The notes beneath the pieces were generated by a model. The model saw nothing but the letters and a program-made list of their open reading frames with translations, was not told the origin of the DNA and did no database searches. The position numbers were made by a program, and so were the translations under genes. From Candidatus Latescibacterota bacterium (GTDB taxonomy: Bacteria > Latescibacterota > UBA2968 > UBA8231): a stretch of 64,000 nt of DNA. Each line of letters starts with the position of its first letter. Within the stretch, counting starts at the first letter, position 1. Of this stretch, positions 9,884 to 18,545 are shown piece after piece. The stretch covers positions 4,384,001 through 4,448,000 of the forward strand of contig OZ241867.1 of the NCBI GenBank assembly GCA_965203175.1, read 5' to 3'.

Positions 9884-11932
9884 ATGAACGCCATTCGACG
9901 AGAGGGGGCCATCCTTTGGGGTGTAGCTCTTTTGTGGCTTTTGGTCTTTGCGGCCTCCATGCTCTACCACACAGGCGGCCGCTTGGCCCTGCCGCTGGAC
10001 GATTCCTTCATCTATTTCCAATACGCGCGGCAAGCCGCCCAAGGGCACTTCCTCGAATACAATACCGGCGCTGAGCCAACGGCTGGCGCGACTAGTCTGT
10101 TGTACACCTTGCTGCTGGTGCCGGGCTTTTGGCTGGGGCTGGATGGGATGGGGATTGCGCTGTACGCGTTGGCATTGGGGCTTGTGTGGCTGGGGTTGAG
10201 CGCTTGGTTGCTCCTGCTGCTAGGCCGCAAGTTGAGTGGTTCTTTCAGCGGCTGGGTGGCCGCGTTGATGTTCCTGTTGTGCGGCCCGCTGCTGTGGGGT
10301 TACTACAGCGGTATGGCGATCGGCCTCTTTGCCTGCGCCATCTTGCTGACTCTGTATCTGTATCTAACAGAAGACCGGCGAACTCCACTGGCGGCGACTT
10401 TGCTGGTGTTGGCTCGGCCCGAGGGGATCGCCTTGGTCTTACTGCTGCTGGCGCTAGTCACCTATCGCCGGGCGTTGAATTGGCAGTGGGGGGTGCCTTT
10501 GGGGGCGTACGTGATCCAGGCTCTACTGTTGGCTTGGTATACGGGAGAGGCCGGGGCCTCTGGGGTCGAGGCCAAATGGCGCTTGGCCGAACCGCACGGC
10601 TCATTGCCCGAGCAGATCAGAGCCGTCTTTTTCGACTTCGCCGAGTTCGTCAAAGGGATCCTCGCCGGGTCGCTGGGTCATCAGACCAGCGTCAATTTAT
10701 ACGCGTACGACGGCAACTATCGCCGCATGGTATTTGCTCCGTTTGTAGCACTCTTTTTTTTGGCAGAGCTAAGCTATCGGCTCTGGGAGGAACTGTCCAA
10801 GAGGCAGCTCGGGGTGGCGGCATTGGGTGGAGCGTGGTTTGTTGGCGGTGTTTTACTTACCTGCACCCTCGTCGAATACGACGCTCACTTCAATCGCTAC
10901 CAGCAGCCCTTCTTGCCGCTCTACATTCTCTTTGCCGCTTTGGGTTTGGGACGCTTAGACGCGGCTGGAGGGGAATGGGGCCGCAAGCTGGCGCGGGGAC
11001 TGGCTTGCTTTTTTGGCTTGTGGGGATTGATGTCGGTGGGGTTTTTCGCGGTTGCGTACGGGGAAAATTGCAGCGATATCCGCAACCAGCAGGTCGAGAT
11101 GGCGCGCTTTATAGACGCCGAGTTGCCGTCCGATGCGCGCATCGCCGTCAACGACGCTGGTGCCCTGCGCTACTTCAGCCGCCGCCAGACGATTGACTTA
11201 GTCGGGTTGACCACGGCTGGGAACAGCGCGCCTTGGCGGCACGGGAGCGGGTCGCTGTTCGAGCGGCTGGAGGCTATGCCGCCGGATCAGCGCCCGCAGT
11301 ACTTCGCCATTTTCCCCAATTGGTTCAATTTCCCCGAGGGCCTCTTTTTGCAGCCGCTGCACCGCATCCGCGTCTTTGAGCCGTCGATTATAGATGCGGA
11401 GAAGGTGTTGTATCGGGCGCATTGGGCTGCCGATCTCAGCGGCGAGACCATCCGCAACCAGACGCTCTTAGAGGAAGGCTGGCGGGTGGTTGATAAGGTG
11501 GATGTGGCCGATTTGGCAAGCGAACGCCGGCACGGCTACCAATCCAAGGTGTGGGTGCCCGGCAGTGGGGAGGCGAATCTGTTGATGGCGCTGAGTGCTA
11601 CAGACGATCCCCAGGCTGTGTACATCGACGGGGGCCGGACGGTAACGGGGGGCGAGCGGATGGAGGTGGCGCTGCAGGCTGGTCGACCGGCGACGGTGAT
11701 TATGCGCACGGTTACGGGCATTGCTCAGCACTTTGCGGTGTTCGCTAATGGAAAGAAGATTGCCAACGTGGAACTGCCGGGGGGGCGGGGTCGCCAGTGG
11801 CTCGAACTAGCCGTCGGCCAGATATCGGCCTCAGATGTGCATGGCCGCATCGGGCTTGAGACGCGGCCGATTCACTTTGGCGGCGATTTGCGGCCGATTG
11901 TCTCGTTTCACTATTGGGTTTTGCAGCCGTGA
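9884..11932 (+). CDS. Polytopic membrane GT-C-like glycosyltransferase (PMT-like)
   Basis: PLDDSFIYFQYA after TM1, GATSLLY, LARPEG, RYQQP and IDLVGL motifs; many transmembrane segments; periplasmic C-terminal domain. Confidence 0.75.
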   Translation: MNAIRREGAILWGVALLWLLVFAASMLYHTGGRLALPLDDSFIYFQYARQAAQGHFLEYNTGAEPTAGATSLLYTLLLVPGFWLGLDGMGIALYALALGLVWLGLSAWLLLLLGRKLSGSFSGWVAALMFLLCGPLLWGYYSGMAIGLFACAILLTLYLYLTEDRRTPLAATLLVLARPEGIALVLLLLALVTYRRALNWQWGVPLGAYVIQALLLAWYTGEAGASGVEAKWRLAEPHGSLPEQIRAVFFDFAEFVKGILAGSLGHQTSVNLYAYDGNYRRMVFAPFVALFFLAELSYRLWEELSKRQLGVAALGGAWFVGGVLLTCTLVEYDAHFNRYQQPFLPLYILFAALGLGRLDAAGGEWGRKLARGLACFFGLWGLMSVGFFAVAYGENCSDIRNQQVEMARFIDAELPSDARIAVNDAGALRYFSRRQTIDLVGLTTAGNSAPWRHGSGSLFERLEAMPPDQRPQYFAIFPNWFNFPEGLFLQPLHRIRVFEPSIIDAEKVLYRAHWAADLSGETIRNQTLLEEGWRVVDKVDVADLASERRHGYQSKVWVPGSGEANLLMALSATDDPQAVYIDGGRTVTGGERMEVALQAGRPATVIMRTVTGIAQHFAVFANGKKIANVELPGGRGRQWLELAVGQISASDVHGRIGLETRPIHFGGDLRPIVSFHYWVLQP

Positions 11933-11975
11933 ACTGCCTCAGTACCCTCGGTACTAGGGACTGTGGCGTCCGATG

Positions 11976-12323
11976 CTAGCTGCCAGATTGGGGCCTATTG
12001 ACGCGAAGCAGTTTTCCAGTCGTTGGGGATTCGGCTGTAATGAGTTGGTGAATGCGTTGAGCCTGTCCGACAAAATCTTTGTCAAGAGTACAGACAATGA
12101 TACCACTGTGATTCGGTTGTTTCCGATGCAGAGAGATAAAATGCTTGCGGTTGATAGTGAGAAGTATTCGATTGTCAGCACAGGCAAATTCCAGAACCTT
12201 CTCATCGCCTATGCCTTGATTTCCTTGGCCTGCTTCCTGACTAGTCAATACACTATGGCCAAGCTCTCGGAGTACCTTGACTACTGGCAGAGGAAAATTC
12301 TCATTGGAGTATAACTGTGCCAC
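11976..12323 (-). CDS. DUF5615 PIN-like toxin (VapC45-like)
   Basis: LYSNENFP..LRELGHSV..DEKVLEFA..RILLTINRKHF..HSGII; GTG start 4 nt after the upstream stop. Confidence 0.85.
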   Translation of the reverse strand: MAQLYSNENFPLPVVKVLRELGHSVLTSQEAGQGNQGIGDEKVLEFACADNRILLTINRKHFISLHRKQPNHSGIIVCTLDKDFVGQAQRIHQLITAESPTTGKLLRVNRPQSGS

Positions 12324-12327
12324 TGCT

Positions 12328-13500
12328 TTAGGCTAACTCGTTGTCGACGATTTGCTGCTCGATCTCTGCTGTGTGCGACTGATAATAGGACCAAGCATTG
12401 ACTAAATCTTCAGCCGTCAAGGTGGGGTAGGTACGCAACAAATCTGCTTCATCTGTGCCTAATTGCCTAAGCTGCACCAAAGCCCAAACCGGAATACGAG
12501 TGTGTCTAATGCAAGCATCTCCGCCGCAAACTCCGGGGGTTTTATCAATGCCAGGGTATGAGTGAGGGACTATGTAAGACGGCTCTCTTGGCCCTAGCTG
12601 GCCTTCTTCTTCTTGGGCTATTACTATATCGGGACTAGGGGTCTTCATTTTTTTGATTATCTTATCCGTAAAAATAGCTGTAGCTGAACCTGTATCAAGG
12701 TACTCAATCACACCCATAAGTTCTTTTGAGAAATCAATGTTAATTGGGATTATCAAAGGTTCAGAGCGAATATACATCACCTCGTAAGATTTCATCTTTA
12801 ACCGTAGGTCATTATTTTTCAAATATGCATCTTCAAATGATTCCTTATAGTGCAATTCACCATAGTTGTCTCCAGATATAGATTCTAGACGATGAGCGAG
12901 ATCGTAAAGAGAATAGGTTTCGTTATTTTTCATGTCTTCAATGAATATTTCGTTATTCATACCCGATATATGGAACGAATCATCTACGTTTATCTCAGTG
13001 TTCTTTATTGTCCAATCTTTATCAATGTGTGGAGAAAATTTTGTAATCCTTGGACTTGGTTCAAAATGCATTTTAATATTTACTTCCCGAATCAAAGGAT
13101 TCCCTTCTGCATCTTCCCAGTCATCATCGCGTTGCTCACGGACAATCAATAAATCAATCTTGTTTTTTTCAGCTTTTATCTTCGCTCCTCTTTGGTAACC
13201 AGTTTTAGTTGCAAATACAGGTTTCAAGTCAGGTATATCATGAATTTTTCCAATCAGGGCGTCGATTCTATCTATTGATATTTCCGATGCATAGTCTTTA
13301 CACTCAATGATAGTCTTATATGTTATGCCAGCTAGTTCATACTCCCAGTACAAATCAAACTCGCGTTCAATTCCAGAATTATCAGTTATCTTTTTGTTGC
13401 GTTCAATTTTAATATTTTTCTGTTTTGTCAAAGGCTCTGAGTACAAAAGGGCCTGCTGTAATTTTTGGACAAAAATCTCATAATCTTTCCAATTTGACAT
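12328..13500 (-). CDS. Mrr-like PD-(D/E)xK restriction endonuclease fused to a C-terminal DUF433 (VapB45-like antitoxin) domain
   Basis: N-terminal REFDLYWE..IIECKDY..TGYQRGA; C-terminal GIDKTPGVCGGDACIRHTRIPVW..YPTLTAEDL. One uninterrupted ORF with SD AGGAGG; the 5' three quarters are visibly AT-rich. Confidence 0.82.
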   Translation of the reverse strand: MSNWKDYEIFVQKLQQALLYSEPLTKQKNIKIERNKKITDNSGIEREFDLYWEYELAGITYKTIIECKDYASEISIDRIDALIGKIHDIPDLKPVFATKTGYQRGAKIKAEKNKIDLLIVREQRDDDWEDAEGNPLIREVNIKMHFEPSPRITKFSPHIDKDWTIKNTEINVDDSFHISGMNNEIFIEDMKNNETYSLYDLAHRLESISGDNYGELHYKESFEDAYLKNNDLRLKMKSYEVMYIRSEPLIIPINIDFSKELMGVIEYLDTGSATAIFTDKIIKKMKTPSPDIVIAQEEEGQLGPREPSYIVPHSYPGIDKTPGVCGGDACIRHTRIPVWALVQLRQLGTDEADLLRTYPTLTAEDLVNAWSYYQSHTAEIEQQIVDNELA

Positions 13501-13641
13501 ACTTATACCTCCTTTTGGAGATAACGACTAAGAACATCAACATCAATAGAGTGCCGCAAAATAGCTACTTGGTAGAGTGCATAGTCCAGCACTTTTCATT
13601 AACCTTCGATTATCTCAACCGAATCCTGCATATCTGTACAA

Positions 13642-13670
13642 ATCATAAAGGGTCTTTTATATATAGTCAA
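13642..13670 (-). promoter_or_regulatory. Strong sigma70 promoter for the Mrr-DUF433/PIN operon
   Basis: Minus strand TTGACT-N17-TATGAT. Confidence 0.65.
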
Positions 13671-13703
13671 GATACAGTCAAAATGTTGGCATCTTGGGGT
13701 GTT

Positions 13704-16487
13704 TTACCTACTCTCCCTCCTTCGTCGCTTCGGCTTGGCCTTGGCCGTCAGCGGCACCAGCATTTTTTCGTACAGTCCGAATAGATGTTCGACGCGCTCG
13801 CGGTCGGAGATGAAGACGCTACGGCGGTAGAGTCTATCGACGACGCGGTCGAGGGCTTGGTGTGCTTTGCGGAGGTCGGCGGGCATGAGGTTGGGGTCGT
13901 AGAGGTCAGCTAGCGTTGCATCGGGATGGTTGGCGCGGGCGGTGAGGACGGCGTCGGCGTGGGGCGCGAGGCGTTGTAGGCGCTCGGGGACGGGAGGTAG
14001 CGGGAAGGTGTTATAAATAATGCCGATTCCGTATGAAAAGTCGCTTTTGAGCCGCCCACCGATATTCCTGACCCATGCCATGTGCATTGTAGATGTGAGG
14101 AGTCCAAACTGCCAAAGTGTGGCATTAGGCAGTATGCGTATCTTATTGCTCGGAATCACCGGCGGTTCCAGCCATGCAATCGGGATGTAATCTCGCCGTT
14201 CGGAACTGACTTCTGGAACGACCAAAAACGGCGCAGTAGGAATGACGTTGACATTGTATTGCATCGGGAAGTCAGCAATGGCGAGGGTACTCTTGCGTTT
14301 GCTCTTTGCCCGAAACGCCTTTACGGCCCGCATCCGCTCAACGACTTTTGGCATCGCCTTGAGGTCGGCCGGGCTAGCATCCTGAAGGGCCAAAATCCAG
14401 CGTTCACCACCTTGAATGTGTTCCCGTGCGCCGATGTAGGGGCGCATAAACTTCTCGGCTGTTGGCTCTTCTATTAAAAACGCGACCCGTTGGTCGGCGT
14501 CGAAAATGTAGTTCCTGTCATCAATGGGTTGCGAGCCGCTCAATAAGGGCGGTAGCCCATTCAGGGCTTGGGCCGATTCCTTTACCACAATCCGCGAATC
14601 GGTCAGCCCGCCAGCGTCGAACAAATAGGGCGATAGGGCTGCATGTTGGCTCTCTTGTGGATCGCTCTTGGGCGCGTCGTAGGAAAACAGCCGCTTCTCT
14701 CGCGGTGCATCGCCCCGTTTAGCCAGTCCGATAATGACGACGTGGACGTGTGCCATGCCGCGAGCGTCCGATCCCCAAGCAAAAGTGCGGTGGGCAAAAG
14801 CGATGTCCAGCTTGCAGCGGTCGAACAAGATCGGCCAGAGTTGCGCGACCTGCTCGCCTTGCGTGATGGAATTGGTAGCCACAAAGCCGATCCGCGCTGC
14901 GCTCTGCTGCACGTATTCGCCAGCTTTGATAAACCAAGCGGTGACGTAGTCGAGTGTGCCGCCGCTTTTGCCCAGCGCGGCGATGCGGCGCACCTGTTCG
15001 CGCTGCTCGGGCGATTGGAACTTCGCGCCCACAAACGGAGGATTGCCGAGCACATAGGAACATTCCTCCGGTGGCAGCAGTTTGCTCCACTCCGTTTCCA
15101 GCGCATCGCCGTGCTGGATGTGCGGCGACTTCTCCAGCGGAATGCGCGTGTACGTCTGGCCGAACTCCAAGCTCAGCCGATTATTCATTATATGATCCAT
15201 CATCCACAGCGCGACCTCGGCGATGTGCGCCGGAAACTCCCCTAACTCAATGCCGTAAAACTGATCCACATCGACCACCGAAAGCAGTTCGGCTAAAACG
15301 TCGAGTTGGCCGTGCGGGCGAATCTCTTTGAGTACCTCGATCTCCAACTCCCGCAACTCGCGGTAGGCGATGATGAGAAAATTGCCGCAGCCACAGGCCG
15401 GATCAAAAAATCGCAACTGGCCGAGCCGCTGTTGAAAGGCAATGAGTTCGGGAATGCGGCGGTTGTCGCGGCGCGACTGGAGGCGGCGAAACTCCGCGCG
15501 CAACTCGTCGAGAAACAGCGGCTCAATGACCTTGAGGATGTTCTGTTCGGTGGTATAGTGCGCGCCCTGAGCGCGGCGCTCGTCCTTGTCCATCACCGAC
15601 TGAAAGAGCGAGCCAAAAATCGCCGGGGAGATGTCGGACCAATTGAAATGGCAAGCGTCGATGAGCCGCTGGCGCATGGCGGAATCAAACGATGGAATGA
15701 GCAATGGATCGCGGAACAGGTCGCCGTTGACGTAGGGGAAGCGGGCGAGGTCTTCGTCGAGGGTTTTGGAACGGCAGTCTTCGGGCGTGTTGAGCACTTG
15801 GAACAATTGCGCCAGCCAGCCGCCGAGGTCGGAGCCGTCTTCCCGCGTCCGATTTTCTAACAGGTCGAGGAAAATGTCGCGCGGCTCGAAAATGCCAGTG
15901 TCGTCGGCAAAGAAGCAGAACACGATGCGGACGAGAAATTGCTCTAAGTCGTGGCCCGTATAGCCGGAGGCAGCCAGCGCATCGTGCAGGTCTCCAACGC
16001 GCTCGGACGCTTTGATGTTGACTGGGTCCTGGTCGCGGAAGGTCCGCTTCTGCACGCCCAAGATGAAGCCGAACTTTTCGACGTGATTGGGCAGGTCGGC
16101 GAGGGCAAAGGCGACGCTTTCGTCTTCGTCGAGGTCGTATAGCTCAAACGTCGCAAAGTCGCTCAGCAGAATGTAGCGCGGCAGGTCAGCATCTTTGAGG
16201 CCGGGAAAGTAGGACAAGGCTTGGGTTTTGGCCTTGGTGAGATCGAGACCAGCGCTTTTCTGCTCGACGAGCAACACACCCTTCCAAAACAGGTCGATAA
16301 AGCCGCGCCGGTCACCGAGCAGTTTAACGGGTTCCTCAAACGCGGCAACTCGGCGCACAGGAACGCCGAAGATGTCGAAAAAGTCGCGATAGAAAAGCTG
16401 GGTCTGCCCCTTCTCGTAGCCCGCGTCTTGCCATTCTTGGGCAAATCGCGCGGCGCGGGTGCTAATCTCGTTATAGGACAATCTCAT
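13704..16487 (-). CDS. MmeI-family Type IIL restriction-modification enzyme (fused endonuclease and m6A methyltransferase)
   Basis: 927 aa; nuclease motif IDLFW..LVEQKS; GAHYT, DPACGCGNF, GNPPFVG, SSERRDYIP, GRLKSD, YNTFP and LADLYDP motifs. Confidence 0.93.
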   Translation of the reverse strand: MRLSYNEISTRAARFAQEWQDAGYEKGQTQLFYRDFFDIFGVPVRRVAAFEEPVKLLGDRRGFIDLFWKGVLLVEQKSAGLDLTKAKTQALSYFPGLKDADLPRYILLSDFATFELYDLDEDESVAFALADLPNHVEKFGFILGVQKRTFRDQDPVNIKASERVGDLHDALAASGYTGHDLEQFLVRIVFCFFADDTGIFEPRDIFLDLLENRTREDGSDLGGWLAQLFQVLNTPEDCRSKTLDEDLARFPYVNGDLFRDPLLIPSFDSAMRQRLIDACHFNWSDISPAIFGSLFQSVMDKDERRAQGAHYTTEQNILKVIEPLFLDELRAEFRRLQSRRDNRRIPELIAFQQRLGQLRFFDPACGCGNFLIIAYRELRELEIEVLKEIRPHGQLDVLAELLSVVDVDQFYGIELGEFPAHIAEVALWMMDHIMNNRLSLEFGQTYTRIPLEKSPHIQHGDALETEWSKLLPPEECSYVLGNPPFVGAKFQSPEQREQVRRIAALGKSGGTLDYVTAWFIKAGEYVQQSAARIGFVATNSITQGEQVAQLWPILFDRCKLDIAFAHRTFAWGSDARGMAHVHVVIIGLAKRGDAPREKRLFSYDAPKSDPQESQHAALSPYLFDAGGLTDSRIVVKESAQALNGLPPLLSGSQPIDDRNYIFDADQRVAFLIEEPTAEKFMRPYIGAREHIQGGERWILALQDASPADLKAMPKVVERMRAVKAFRAKSKRKSTLAIADFPMQYNVNVIPTAPFLVVPEVSSERRDYIPIAWLEPPVIPSNKIRILPNATLWQFGLLTSTMHMAWVRNIGGRLKSDFSYGIGIIYNTFPLPPVPERLQRLAPHADAVLTARANHPDATLADLYDPNLMPADLRKAHQALDRVVDRLYRRSVFISDRERVEHLFGLYEKMLVPLTAKAKPKRRRRESR

Positions 16488-16604
16488 GTAGTCGGAGCCT
16501 TTTGTTTGCGGTGCGAAGTAAGGTCATAGCTTGAGACAGCGCAGCGGCCAAGTCAAGGGAGCGGGAGCCATGCCAGCACCGGGGATTCCGGCTATATTGG
16601 TAGT

Positions 16605-18545
16605 ATGCAGATCATAGGTATCGGCGCGGCACAGCTAAGGCGGGAAGGAGCCATCCTCTGGGCGATTCTAATCGCCGCTCTCGGTGTGCGCCTAGCCTAT
16701 CTCTACCAAGCGGTTGACACGCCGCTCTTCGACGTCCTCCTGATCGACTCCGAATTCTACGACCGCCGCGCTCGGGCCATTGTCGCGGGCGATTGGCTGG
16801 GCAACCAGCCTTTCTTTATGAATCCGTTTTACTCCTACTTTTTGGCCGCCATTTACGCGCTGTTGGGCGCTGAATATTGGTGGGTTGGCTTGGTACAGGC
16901 GGCACTGGGGACGGGAAGCTGCTATTTGATCTACGCCTTGGGCCGAAAACTGTGGAGCGCGCAAATTGGGCTGTTGGCTGCCGGCATGGCGGCAATCTAC
17001 CAGCCGTATGTGTTCTACGACGGGGCTCTGCTGACCGCCGCGCCGATTACCTTTTTGAATCTCGCGGCTCTGTATTGCTTGGTGCACGCGCAAGGGGCGG
17101 CGCGTTGGCTGTTGGCTGCGGGCCTGCTGTTGGGGCTTTCGGTTACGGCGCGGCCCATGGTCTTGCTATTTGTCGCGGTGGTTGCGGGCTGGTTTGTCGC
17201 GCAGTGGGGACGGCGCGGTTGGCGGCAGTGGGGGTTGGTGGTCGTGGGCTGCGGTCTCGTAGTGGGCGCGGTGGCTTGCCGCAATTATCTCGTCGGGGGA
17301 GAGTGGCTGCTGACCACGTCCTCAGCCGGGATGAACTTCTACGTGGGCAACCACCCCGAGGCCAACGGCATCTACGCGCAGGTCGATTTTCTGCCCAGCG
17401 CCGAGCCGGATTTGGAGCGCGAGGCGTTTATCCGCGAGGCCGAGGCGCGCACGGGCCGAGAGCTGACCCCGGCGCAAGCATCCAGATACTGGCTTGTGGC
17501 TGGCTTGCGCTTTGCCGTGGAAAATCCCCTCGCATATTTGGCTCTACAAGGCCGCAAACTCTACATGTTCTGGAACGGAGTCGAGGCACAAAACAACCTG
17601 AGTCTGTATTTGGCGCGGGATTTTGTACCCTTGTTGCGTTGGTGCGTTCTCGGGTGGGGCCTGGTGGCCCCGCTGGCGGTCGTGGGCTGGGCTACTAGTC
17701 GTCGTTCTTCTCTGCTCGATCTGTATCTGGCGAGCTATCTGGCCGCGTGCCTGCTGTTTTTCACGTCCTCGGAATACCGCCTACCCGTCGTGCCAGTGAT
17801 TTTGCTCTACGCCGCTTGCTGGCTTGCCAACACCGCGACTTGGGTGACGGATGGGGAGCATCGTCGGTTGCTGGGGGCGTGTCTATTGGTGGCCTTAGTG
17901 GCGCTACCTATCAACTATCGGGACGCAGGGGCCGAGCGGCTGACTCGCAAACGGGTCGATTACTACAACTTCGGTGCCTTGTACCAACGCCAAGGGGATT
18001 GGGCGGCGGCCGAGAGCATGTTCCGCGAGGCGCTGCGCATCGATCCGTCCTTTGCTCCTGCTGCTTCTGGCCTAGCGGCTGTGTTGGCGCAGCAAGAAGG
18101 CGGAGACCCAGACAGCAGACGCGGGTTAGAGTTGTTCGGTGCTGGGGAGTACGAGGCGGCGATTGCAGTCTTTAGCCGCGCCCAGCCCTCGCCCGGTCTG
18201 CACAACAACGTCGGTCTGTGCTATTATCGCCTCGGTCAATGGGCCGAGGCCGCCGCCCATTTCCACAAGGCCCTCGCGCTCGATGCCAGCTACGCCCGAG
18301 CGCATTTCAATCTCGGCTTGGTATATGCCAAGCAGGGCGATGACCAAGCCGCGGCGAATGCCTTCGCCCAAGCACTCGAACTCGACCCCAACCATGCCCA
18401 AGCGCACTATCGGCGCGGAGAAGTACTGTTGCGCTTGGGGCGTCCCGGCGCAGCAGAAGCCCACTGGGCTTTTTTGCACGCGCGCAACCCCGACGACGCG
18501 CGCTTACAGACGAAAATCGATTCCATGATGCAGGCCAACCCTTGA
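16605..18545 (+). CDS. Membrane GT-C (PMT_2/ArnT-like) glycosyltransferase with C-terminal TPR repeats
   Basis: IDSEFYD..A, PFFMNPFYSYFLA, MNFYVGNHP and YRLPVVP motifs; TPR repeats such as AHFNLGLVYAKQGD..ALELDP. Confidence 0.82.
   Translation: MQIIGIGAAQLRREGAILWAILIAALGVRLAYLYQAVDTPLFDVLLIDSEFYDRRARAIVAGDWLGNQPFFMNPFYSYFLAAIYALLGAEYWWVGLVQAALGTGSCYLIYALGRKLWSAQIGLLAAGMAAIYQPYVFYDGALLTAAPITFLNLAALYCLVHAQGAARWLLAAGLLLGLSVTARPMVLLFVAVVAGWFVAQWGRRGWRQWGLVVVGCGLVVGAVACRNYLVGGEWLLTTSSAGMNFYVGNHPEANGIYAQVDFLPSAEPDLEREAFIREAEARTGRELTPAQASRYWLVAGLRFAVENPLAYLALQGRKLYMFWNGVEAQNNLSLYLARDFVPLLRWCVLGWGLVAPLAVVGWATSRRSSLLDLYLASYLAACLLFFTSSEYRLPVVPVILLYAACWLANTATWVTDGEHRRLLGACLLVALVALPINYRDAGAERLTRKRVDYYNFGALYQRQGDWAAAESMFREALRIDPSFAPAASGLAAVLAQQEGGDPDSRRGLELFGAGEYEAAIAVFSRAQPSPGLHNNVGLCYYRLGQWAEAAAHFHKALALDASYARAHFNLGLVYAKQGDDQAAANAFAQALELDPNHAQAHYRRGEVLLRLGRPGAAEAHWAFLHARNPDDARLQTKIDSMMQANP

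Noticed and set aside
10129-11196. Long alternative-frame or antisense ORFs (also 31696-32682, 44229-45278 and 44989-45636)
   Set aside because: These are Arg/Gly/Pro-rich shadow ORFs typical of high-GC DNA and overlap well-supported genes. Only the tail of the 44989 ORF (the tnpB fragment) is meaningful.
11941-11955. Inverted repeat AGTACC-CTC-GGTACT at the defence island edge as an att site
   Set aside because: No matching copy was seen at the other edge; more likely a small terminator-like hairpin between convergent genes.
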